A DNA stretch of 64,000 nt from Catajapyx aquilonaris (lineage: Eukaryota): contig KZ538129.1 in assembly GCA_000934665.2 (NCBI GenBank), forward strand, positions 62,001 through 126,000, given 5' to 3'. The notes beneath the pieces are model-generated. The model worked only from the letters and a program-made list of their open reading frames with translations, ran no database searches and was not told where the DNA came from. Each line of letters starts with the position of its first letter. The stretch's first letter is position 1. A program made the translations under genes and the position numbers. Below are positions 12,015-23,590 of this stretch, one piece after another.

Positions 12015-15000
12015 CCCCCCCCCCCCCCCCCCCCATCGTATATTGCTGATGTGGGTGTTGAAAAATTGGGTGCAGTGTATGTGCAGCACAGTAGGCGGGA
12101 TAGGTGGACATGTGGAGTCCCCTCTTCGGCAGCCACACCCTATATTTTGAGTGCGGGTTGCATGCCGCAATGCATTAGCAGCGCCATGAATTATGGAGGA
12201 GGGAGCCGACGCGCGGTTTTTATCGGCCGATCTGCATGTATGGAGAGACAATAATGGTGTGACATGGCTGTGTCAATACCTGGGATCCGCGGTATGTGGG
12301 TTTGGTGCACCCGCAGCATACAGGGTGGAGCAGTGACACAGCCAGGTGCCCCTCATAAAGAACTTTGGAAACCGGAATACCTTGCAACAAGTACAATTCA
12401 ACACTTTAGAAATTAATTCATGGTGTCACGACACACTCTCCTTTCCTGTCCATAGGGTGGGGGGAGGGGGTAGGCTCTATATATACCTTTAAAAAAAAGG
12501 GGGGGAAGGGATGTACCTGCTCCAGGTGGCCTTTTTCAACGCTGCGGAAATGCCTCGTCGGACAGCAGCTGCTTCTAACATATGTGTGTTCCAAAAGGGA
12601 AGAAGGGGAAAAGGGGGGGGCACAAACCAGCATTTCCTACTCATTGCCATTTTTCCACATCTTAAGCACTCAACTATGCTTGGATAAGAAGATGGAGGGG
12701 AAGTGTTGTGAAGAGGGAAATTATCTTCCTTTTTTCTTAACGAAATGAGGAAAATGGATGGATTTTTTTTTTTTTGGAGGATAGGGGTCTAAGTAGATAG
12801 CCGGGGGTAATTATGTGGGAAAGCTTGTGTGGATGTTGTGGCCGCCAGGTGTTGGGAGGGAGGTGGAGGAAGAAGAGCGGTGATTTTTTTTTTCTTAAGA
12901 TTTTTTCCCCTGTTCCATCCTCACTGATTTCTTCCCCAAAATCTTGATGTGTTTTGGGAAGAAGGGCTTCGGGCGCTGAGGGGTAGGGAATGGTGTTGTT
13001 TTTTTGAGGCAGGTTCGGTTTTTAACATTCGGTTCAATCATCAGTTCAGACACGTATGGTGGTGTAAGCTGTTTACTGGTTGTCTGCTACGAAAGGGGTT
13101 CATTCGGATGGAAATCGACTGGGAAAAATTCTGGGGACAGTCGGGTAAGGACAAAACGGCTAACAGATGGCGCCACGTACGATCGCCACTACTACAGTGC
13201 CATAACATTAGGAATGATGGGAAGTAAACTTTACCACAGTTGACCAGATGCCGGAGGATGCTTTGCGCGTGAGGGGCGGGCGCAGGAATGTTCTTTTCTA
13301 CCTTCCTCCAACTTTATTCTTTCTGGCTGGCCTGCGGGAGGCCCACACACCTGTTCCATCAACGGCATCAAGTCAGGAATTCCCAGCGAATAGTTTTGGG
13401 GGCCTTGTTACATTAGACTTAAACCCACCCACCAACCACCCCCCAGGACTCTGGTGCCCTAGCAACCCACCTATATTTGAGGGGGGGAAGTGTATAGTTG
13501 TTGAGGTTAGTGAGGTGAGGCTGAAGAGGACCATTCCTCCAGCTTGCTGGCATAATTGTCAGGCCGAGATGGGAAGGATGCCGACGGGACATTTTGCATA
13601 CTGATGAAGGGACTCATAAAAGGCTGTGCGATGAATGGGAATTGGAGGGTTTCACTTGAGGGCGGCTTGGGTGGGTGGTAGGGTGGTACAGGGGAGGGAG
13701 GGGGGGGGTCTCGCCTGTTTTTCCATCCACTTGAGCACTTGTACCGGGGGTCTCGTGTTTATCATAATGGAAAAGCGGGGTGGGGGTACATACTTTGCGG
13801 GGCGTTTAATGTCGGGTCGTTCTCCAAAATGTTATTTCTGAGGTGGGGGTGACCCGGGCGGACAGAGGACACCACCTGGGCTGGAGGGCCAATGTGCAGT
13901 CGAATCACGTTCACCGGTCCGGCTCATAAATTGCTTTAATTTTGATAACTGATTAATATGCATGGAGTAGGCAGGTTGTCAATTAGCCGCGTTGGGCCCA
14001 TAGGAAACTATGTCTGCATCAGCTGGAATTATTACAGAGGGGTGGGTTGTTGCACTATACATGCTCTCATCACTCTACAAGATGACTTTACGTCAGTTTA
14101 ATATTGCGCAGTCTGCCCGTACTATTCATCTTGCAACTGGAGGACAAAAGGCTTTTTTTTTGTGTAGCTGAGGAATTACAAAGCGTAGCCTTGGTAGGAG
14201 GCGAGAAAAGCTTTGTCACCGCTGATCCATCAGGTGAGAGACAGATGTCGGGTGGATATTAGTACTATAGGGCAATAGTTGCTCCTTCCCTTTTTTTCTC
14301 TCCATGATTTTGTGTTTCATAGCTGGGGTAAGCTGTCCAGCGGCCATTTTCCGTCGCTCTCGATCGGATGAATTATGGGAGGCCGGGCTTGGTTGCCATG
14401 GCTACACGGGGGCCTCTCTCTGCTTCTCCGTGATTGATAACTGGAAGGGACAAGAAGGGCTGTGCTGTTTGGATGCGGCTGCGCTGGCGGGCACTGCACT
14501 TTCATCCCCCCCGTCTCACTTCCTGGTTCCTCTCCGCCATTCTCCTTCCATCTGCTCCTATGTCCGGAGATGTAGAGAAAAAGTCAATATGAAAATAGAT
14601 ATAGCCATAGACAGCCTGTACTTGTGAGCAGAATTGCTAACAGTAGAGGCGTTGTTGGCACGCGCATCCAAATTCCCCCGCAGATTTGGTTTACTAACTG
14701 ATGATTGCAAACCGCCGTGACGCCTACAGGCTCTAATTAGCGATGGGATTTGATGAACAAATTGTAATGCGCCTGGATCCAGCTCGTGTGCGGTGTTGGC
14801 TATCAGTTTTCCTAATGACACGTGATTCATAACGTGTGTGGGGGGGGNGGGGGGGGGGGAGCCTTAGTTATCAGGCATCTGCAGGCTGTATGGGTAAAAG
14901 CCCTCTCCACCCACCCCCACCATCACATCCCCGCTTTCATTTGCGGCCATGTCAGAGAGCAACAGCACACCAGGTTCCGCGACGGACGTAAACACAACCA

Positions 15001-17960
15001 GGCTGATAAAGACAGAGAAGCGGTGCTGAATGACAAGCCGACGATACAAAATGCATGGGGAAGCCTGCTAGCTAATCTGGCAAATAGCATATAACCACAG
15101 GCTGCCTGTCGCTCGACTGCGGCCCAACTGGCAGCTAATGGAATCTTGGTATAAATTCATTAAGATATCTATCACTTAATACCCCCGACCCAGGGTTTTG
15201 GGTTGCTTGGCCAGCCCAAAAGCACAGCACACTTTTCGATCCTCACCACTGTTGGCGCTTGCGTACGGGGGTATTACCCACCACCACCTGGGGAGATGAT
15301 CTGATGTGATGAGCCGAGGCTTACCTACTACAGCCAAGATTCCGAATTAATGTTCAGCACGGAGGCATTCCCTTGCGAGTGGCATTCCTCCTTTGAAGTG
15401 GTTCAAGCAGACGTACCACGATGTGTCCAGGCGGAAAATAGAGTCAAAGACATCTCACGGATATGATTGCAGCACTGGGGCGACATTAAAAAAAATGGGA
15501 ACGGAGGAGGAGATGTTCACGGAGGGACACTTTCATGGCGAATAATTCATTCTGGCCACTTGTAAGTCGACGGTTGTCATGCCTGATGCATTAGTCACGG
15601 TGGATTTGCATTCTCGGAGGAAACTGGAACAACGCCCCTCACACTGGTGAAAGACCTTACCTTCTCCTCACAATCCCTTCTTCCAGCGAGGCAAATCAAA
15701 GCGGATATTCTTTCCACGAATTGACAGGTTAAAAGCTGGCGCATTCCCTTCCAATGATGAATATGGGGGTCTGCCCGACTCGATTATGCCTGGAATAGAG
15801 AGGTGTTTTGACTCATATTTGGCGCTGTGAGGCTCGCTCCGGGGCCGTCTCCATCCGGGCATGTGGCGTCAGGCATGATGGCGTCGCGCGCAAGCCGTGA
15901 TCGACTCGAATAACAATTTGGAGTGGCCCCAGGGGCTTGGTACGCTCGGGCAATTAATATTCCGGGGTTATGGATGCAGATGCGAGTGACTTCGTGACCT
16001 AGGCCGGGCCCTGGCCCTCCCCAGGCCACACCTTCCCGACCAGACCCCTCCCCTTGTACCTGCACGGCGAATGAGGCTGTTGGGGAGAAAGGGGTGAAAG
16101 GGTGGAAAAAAAGGGATATGGAAAGGTACAGTGTGCCATAAATCAGGAAGAGGGGGAGGGTTTTCATGGGTGCGTGCATGGCAAACCATCTTGTACAGGT
16201 GATGGCCTCGGCCCACCCTTCTGCACGGTTGCTACACTTGTGCCAGTTCAGTCCTTGCACTATTTGTTTACCGGCAGCGGCCGTTTACATTATTTAAATA
16301 CTGCACGTTTGACGCAACACTCGGGGAGTAATAATTTATCGTACTGTAAAGAAGGCGTGTACAGATGGAGATGATTTATCTTCCCGGCCGGCTGCGGCAA
16401 AAAGTGCGTGAAACATTTACCCTCTTGTCAATACAACCTGTGTCTTAATCGCTGTTCGTTAAAAAAAAGGAGACAGTTAGAAATGGTATGCAGATATGGC
16501 AACAAGACGTGGCGGACAGTTAGTTTAGTGCCCTGAAGCCCCGGAGATAATTTGCAGCAGTGTTGTCTGGGTCAGCACGCGTTTGCGATTGTTTACAACG
16601 ACACGCCAGATGAATCTCAGGGGTGTGGCAGTGGCAATAAAATATTCCGAGGCTTCTGGTAGGTCAGGGCCCTTTTGCTTGTCTAGCTGACACAGGCGTG
16701 TAGTATTTTCACGGAAGGAGGATAAAAGAAATGTGAAACCTGTTTGTTGAGTGTGAATCATCAATTCGTCTGATTGTTTTTGAGAAATAAATAAAACAGC
16801 AGTTTACATATGCCTTGGCCCCCCAGGTCCGTTGCTTAGATAGTAGCTAGATGCCAGCACTTGCGCAAATGGCACTTGTTTACGTAAATTTTTGCGGCGC
16901 GTATACGCAACGGTTGCGTGTCACAAACTGCTCTTTTAAAATCTTCATCCTTTGAGGTCGCCTTCTCGGGCCGTCCTTACTGGGGTAATAATAAAAATAA
17001 CAGTGATTGTAATAATGATAGTGGTGAGTGTGGGTTTGGATGATTATCACGGGGGGAGCCCCTCGATGACTATAGGCACGGCCTATTAGGGCCCTCTCTT
17101 TTAATGATGATGAGTAGCCCTCCAACACACCATATTTTTTGTGTGATGTGTCCGTATGTGAGAAAAACCTCTGGCAGGATGCGCCGGGTTCTCCACACCT
17201 AAACAAGTCTGAAATAGGTTTTATGCAACCGGCACTTGAAGCTGTGCAGACACCCCGACAAGGTGTATTTTGTTAATTGGAGGAAGGGGGTCTTCCCCCC
17301 CCCCCTCCCCCCTCCGAAATAGCTTTGAGTACACCCTGCCTAGGGCCATTCTCCTGGAGGGGCTCGCACGTTAATGAGTGTTAATGCGGTCGGGTAAATT
17401 GTACGTATACCCGGGGTTATTGCGCTAATTCGCCCGTTTTAGCGGGTTTAAATCTTGTCTCGTAAGAAGAACAATAAGAGAGGAGGGGCTGCACACATAA
17501 GATTGGGATCAGGCGGTGGGAAAATGCCTGGAAGGGACTTCATTAAAGGCTTGTATTGCACTTGAGGAGCCCGGTGTTTGAAGTGCCGAGTGCGAGAATG
17601 GCACGCTCTCTTGCACGTCAACAATTTTCTCCAAAGGAAACGGCGTACCTCCCCTTTTTCAATTAATTGTTGGTATTTCCCACTGGTGATGCTTATGTGA
17701 CTGTAAATGTCGGGTTTGATCAGGTTCCTTCCACTCTTTGCTATGAATTGGGTTGTCACACGTGGATGCAGAACGAGCTAATAGTCAAAAATTGGTTTTA
17801 TAGGACACCTCATGGGCATGCGCATCTTGTGTAGCAAGACCATGAGGACTTGGACACCATCACCCATGTCATTGATGTAACATTAAAACCAGAAAAAAAA
17901 CCCACTCCTTTTCAGCATTTAAATTGATCAATAAATGGTTGGTTCTGCATGCCACTTGGG

Positions 17961-17991
17961 CTTTAACTAGTGCCTTCCTTTGTAGGTAAGT
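17961..17991 (+). promoter_or_regulatory. candidate recursive splice site RS2, AG|GT at 17985/17986
   Basis: ctttaac branch-like motif, tgccttcctttg tract, tag|gtaagt (consensus donor regenerated). Confidence 0.65.
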
Positions 17992-19942
17992 TCAGGGAGG
18001 GACTTATTCCCCATAGAATCAAAGTGTGGGTAGAAAGTGTGGGTAGAGTGCATCCAGCCATTTTTTTCCATATTCTCTCCCCCACCCAAAAACCACTAGG
18101 TCTCTGGAGACGATCAGGTTTCGGTGACGGCACAACTGCCACAGCATCGGGTTCCGATTGGGGGAGGTTGGGGGGGGGGGATATAGCATGTGGCTTAATG
18201 CTCATAGATATCGTGTGATGGCCGCACGACAGAGAGAAATGGGGCCTCGTGTAACACTACTGCACTATCCAAAGGGGGAGGAGACAAATATGCAGTGGAA
18301 ATGCGGGCCGTATCGGCACTGTTTCATGATTAGGGGCCTAAGTGTGAATTTGCGACACAGTCCCTCGGATGATAGACGGGGGGACTATAAATATTTGGTG
18401 GATATCATTCGATTCGTTTTATCAGGAGGTATTAACTGGCACATGTGTGGGGAATGTGCAAGTGTGCGTCCCCTTTTTGCCCATTAGGATTATGAATGAG
18501 TTTGTGAAAATCCTTTTTTGAAAGTCCTTGTCGTGACGTGACTCAGCTTCAGCTCAGCTGTACATTTGTCCTGGTAATAACTACCATCATCCGATTCCGG
18601 AAACCGCGGCCGGGCTCCCAACATGTAATTGTTCAGGGGCAGATCTACCCTGGAGGACACTGCCAGAACACGCGTCCAAAAGCGGGTTGCATCGCGCAAC
18701 CCTAACATGGTAGCACAAAATCCGTGCTGGGGGGAAAAAAAGAAGGAAGACAATCATCCTCTTCCGTTTTTGACTTCCATGATAATACGCATGTAACCTG
18801 TCATTGGACAACTAGAAATTACTGTCGTCGCGGTCTCACACGCGTGGCAGGTCCAAGAAATGGCGAATTTCAGCGTCTTGATAAGGCTGTGGGTGGGCTG
18901 CCATTGTAAGCTTGATGATAAGTGGTTATGTTTAAATTTTTTTGTGTGGTGTTTTCCCACCGGTCATAGTGTCAATGCAAGTAAGGGCAGCAAAAAATCA
19001 TTTCATTCCAAGCATACACTGCAGCCTCACTCGCATACTTAAATAGCCATTATGTAGTTAATTAAGATCTGATTACGCCCCGGTAATGATTTCCTGCACG
19101 AGGTGCATTCAAGTGCCAACCAAACCTAAGGGGGCATTCACAGGGAAGCGCACTGGAACTTTGCATACCAGACAGGATGTAGCCATGCGTTTTTAGGCTG
19201 TTTTTCCTTGATATCTTTGGGAGACTGCGTGGCAACGCGGTAAGACTTTTTGGGGTTGTTGGAAGGCCAAAAAAACGAAGAAGTGAAGGTAAAGGAAAGG
19301 GGGAGATGGGGGCGCAAGATTAGCAGGGCGAGTCTGAAGGCTGAGAAAGAGAGATGAAGAGATGGCATGAGCTTGTCTGTCCTATGCCCTCCCCTGCTGT
19401 TTATTCCAAGAGAGAGACTCTTGGGATGGCCCACCTGGACATTGTCTCCAAGTCCGAGAAGTGGAGGCGGCGGCCTCCTTTTTGGAACGACTTCTCTCAG
19501 GGTCAGCGGACATTGCCGACACTTAACCTTGCTTCATTTGCCTAATCTCATTTGCATGAGGAGGGGATACGCTGCCACTCCCCACCTTCGCTGCATCTAA
19601 CTTGGGATGTTAGGAGGGGCTGTTGATGTCTGGCTGCTGGGGTTCACGCTTTTGAATTTCCCGCCGTGCGTGTCATGCTGGGGGTTGAATTTGCATTTTG
19701 GTAGGGGTCCCATGAGGAATGATTACGCCAGGTAAAAAAAAAAGTTAAAAATTAATTTACAAATAATCAAGCCTGCTATTTGTATGTTTGTTGTAATAGT
19801 GTGTAGTAACCTACCCTGTACGCTAATGTGATATAAATTGAAATGTAACGCAATTTGAGCAGTTCAGTTAATTGTCAAAATCTGGTAATTATGCAGGGTT
19901 TATCACGGCCGAGTGGACACCTCTAATGTATTTTAATTACAG

Positions 19943-19972
19943 GTCTCTACTCGGCCCTGTTACACCCTACAA
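19943..19972 (+). CDS. candidate 30-nt alternative microexon of hth (GLYSALLHPT)
   Basis: Branch-like ctctaat, T-rich tract and acag| acceptor, consensus caa|gtaagt donor; 30 nt, open in the phase-1 frame required by the exon at 28810. No expression evidence. Confidence 0.4.
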
Positions 19973-21966
19973 GTAAGTAGCATAGTTGTAGTTTCTGGTG
20001 TATCAAAAGTAACGTGCATAAATGGGGGGAGTTGAGGGCAGTTACTCTTGGTACAACGCACGTAGAATTACAGCTGGGTTCACACGGGCCTCGTCTTTGG
20101 GTCGATACGCCCGTTTGAACTCCAGCTGATGTAGTCCAGTAGTTACACAATGTTTGATACAAACGTAGTCGGCTCCTCACACTCAGTATCAAGTAACACT
20201 GGATTAGTGTTTATGTGTATCTTTCTGGACCACATTTTAGTACCCACTCTTTTTTCTGACCCTCCTTCCTCCACACAAGATGGTCTCTATATGCCCCACC
20301 ACTGGCTTTCTCATGTTTCTGAACCGGCTTTGAGGGGTTGTTCCCAGAGTCCTTGACACCAGAAAACTTGATGAGTTTTTCAGAAACTCGCATTGCATTA
20401 TTGATGCGTTTTTGCACATACGTATATTTACATGGCTGAACTAGCTGCGTCTGATCCCAGGGGGAAGCACAGTCCAGCGGACTGGACTGGACTGGACTAG
20501 GGGAAAATTTTTTTGTGCTTTTTGGCGCTGGAGGCTTCCATTTTTGCTCGTTGGCTAGAAAAAGCAATGGGGCACATGCAGTGTTGGCCCTGGGCTGGAC
20601 TGGTCATCCATCAGGAGGGGCTAAGGCCCGACCTGATGTTTTAATTGGTTGGTGCCTGGCCGGCCATTCACGCCTCACTCCCACCCCTCTAATTGTTACG
20701 TCACCACGTGACACTAATTGTTACCTTTCTGCACGGCATGGGTAATCTGTGTGGGGTTGAGGCCCACTCAACCTTGGGAAATGAGGGGAGGATGAAAATA
20801 AGAAGAAGAAGAAGAAAAAATATATAGAAAGAAGCAGCTTAAAACCTTTTGTTTGAAGCCTGCTTTTTTGGGGGAGGAAGAAGGAAACTGATGCTATACT
20901 TAGATTGCATGGGCATTTTATTTGGGACGCGACTACCTCAATTTCGGCAGCCCCGATTTACAAAAATTGGGGGTGGGGATAAGAGCTGGGTTATTTGTGA
21001 ACATAGGTTTCGTGATGATATTTTTTGGGTAGCACGGGAGGATCATGCTTATATTGTTTGGAAAATGTAACAACAATTGGAATGTGCCCATGTCACCGAA
21101 ACTAATTCGTAAAATTTGATGCTAATGATATGCAATTGGTCCGGAACATCTCAACAGCATCAGTCAGAAGTGTGTGTGTGTCGTCTGATTGGAATGAAGA
21201 GTGTGTGATAGATGGGTATGTAATAGCAGCGCGGGGCGGCCCGTTTCCCAGTAGGGTGATTTATAGCCGAGGAGATTGGCGACATGTGAGTGTGTGTGTG
21301 TGTGAGACGGGTCCGAGAGTGAGCTGGGGATGAGTGACGCGACTGTTTCGGACACTCTAATTGGGTTGGCACTTGGCAGCCATGGGGACCTAACAGGCCG
21401 GAACAGAGGCGTCAGCCCCAGAAACAATTCCGTCGCCTTGATCCTGTACTACCCGCAACCCACATTGCATAGGGGTTTTTCACGGGGGTTAAAAAAAAAA
21501 TCGGCAGCAATTTTTTTTTTTTTTTTGGGGGGGGGGACATGGCTTCCTCCCCCATCCACCGGGTGCATAAATATTTGAGGGCGGGCTTGCAGCTAAACCA
21601 ATTGGTAGTGCGCTTTGGCGTGGTGGCGCTAGACTGGGGGCCGGTGCGGACCCGGCCCTTAACAAGATTTGTCGCAGGGGCCGGGGGATTGCTGCTGCGG
21701 CCGCCCCTTGAATTATTTAGCAAAGCCGGGTTGTTTATGGAGTTTGCAAAAGGGGTTGCTTTTCTATCCGAACTTGGGAGCAGAGGCACCACCAGACGGC
21801 CTGGGGGTTACATAAGGTGGAGGAATCTATACTGCCAATACTATCAGCTATTTACTGGTTGGGAAATAGAACCAGGGCTTTAAGGGATTATGAGATATGG
21901 CGTAATGAGGAAATATACTTATCGCGTGTCATTTTTTAATGTAATTGACGTATGCAGTTGGAGGAA

Positions 21967-22665
21967 ATCTTTGGACCTCGATGTGTGGCCATGAGTATAA
22001 TTATGGGAGGAAATAACATAAGCTGTCTGTCTGTGTGGGTTTTTTAAAAATCTGTCCGTAATGTAGCGTGCAAATGGCATATATTTCGTAATTGCGAGTA
22101 CGAGTAGTTCTTTTTTCATTCTTAGGGCAGTTGCATACAATCTGTTTGGTGATGTTGAAAATGTCTTCAAAAAAAGTCGACAAAAAAGTTAATAGCTTTT
22201 GTTGGTAGTCATGTTGGTGTTGCACGCGTGCATTTTTTGTAGCTACTGCAAGCATTCGCAGCAGATATCAAAATCATATTTACAACATACCAAAAATTTC
22301 TCTTGGTATTTTCTTGGATCTTTGGACCTCGATGTGTGGCCATGAGTATAATTATGGGAGGAAATAACATAAGCTGTCTGTCTGTGTGTGTTTTTTAAAA
22401 ATCTGTCCGTAATGTAGCGTGCAAATGGCATATATTTCGTAATTGCGAGTACGAGTAGTTCTTTTTTCATTTTTAGGGCAGTTGCATACAATCTGTTTGG
22501 TGATGTTGAAAATGTCTTCAAAAAAAGTCGACAAAAAAGTTAATAGCTTTTGTTGGTAGTCATGTTGGTATTGCACGCGTGCACTTTTTGTAGCTATACT
22601 GCAAGCATTCACAGCAGATATAAAAATCATATTTACAACATACCAAAGATTTCTCTTGGTATTTT
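21967..22665. repeat. recent tandem duplication, period 351 bp, two copies
   Basis: Copy 1 starts atctttggacctcgatgtgtgg at 21967, copy 2 at 22318; near-identical with a few substitutions and a 2-bp indel; AT-rich. Confidence 0.92.
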
Positions 22666-23040
22666 TCAACGACCCATTTTGCACATTTTCTTGTAGCTTG
22701 CAGTGTACAATATTTAAAATATGCAAACGATTGTTGTGCTGTAAATGTACTACAAGAATCATATGTCACTATGATTATGAACACAATTCAAGTCAGGTTA
22801 TTGTTTCAACAAACTGACCCTGAGTCCAAAGCTTTCTGATGCTGAATTCACATAGTGTTACATGTATTTCACTGTTCGTGTATTCCCACCCGAGCACTGA
22901 GGGGGTGTTAACGAGCGAGTGCACCTAATTTTGGGGAAATGTTCGGATGTGATGGCAGGAATACCATGGGATGGGCTTGATGTCACATGTTCACAGAGAG
23001 TGTTATGTACCATTCTGCACCTATGATTAAGTGAGAGAAA

Positions 23041-23187
23041 TATTCAGGGTGACCCGAAAAGAAAGAGATATACTACTTTCACTTCCACAATCTGGCTGAG
23101 TGACCGCAAACAAACATGAATTAATGACATAAAAAGCGTCAAGCCACATCTCGAAATTGGTAATCTCATTTCTGGACTCTCTGAATA
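23041..23187. mobile_element. small Tc1/mariner-like MITE remnant
   Basis: Imperfect terminal inverted repeats tattcagggtgacccgaaaag versus reverse complement tattcagagagtccagaaatg (16/21 identical), both ending in TA; 147 bp, non-coding. Confidence 0.45.
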
Positions 23188-23545
23188 ATAATAGTCTCTT
23201 TAATATTTCTGCGGATGATAATATGGATAGGCCCTGATAGAACGCTCACCTTTCTCTGTTTACTCCAGCCGCCTGGGAGTCGGAGACGGGTCTTGAAGTA
23301 GCCCATAGAAGGCACACCTCGTTAGGTATGTACCAAATCAACTTTCAAATAGAACGCAGACAAACGTTCAAGATCACTTATTTTGGTTCCATTTTTTTTT
23401 GGCCCCCCCCCCCCATATTTATTTTATTCCGTTTCTTTAGCCCTTAGGGCCGGGGTGGGGATACCCGTTTATTTGTCGAATCGACGTTACACACCCGCAT
23501 GCTCTTATTAATTCTGTACATATGATGTTTCTCTATCTCTATATC

Positions 23546-23550
<5 letters not shown>

Positions 23551-23586
<36 letters not shown>
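23551..23586. repeat. (CT)18 microsatellite
   Basis: Read directly. Confidence 0.9.
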
Positions 23587-23590
<4 letters not shown>

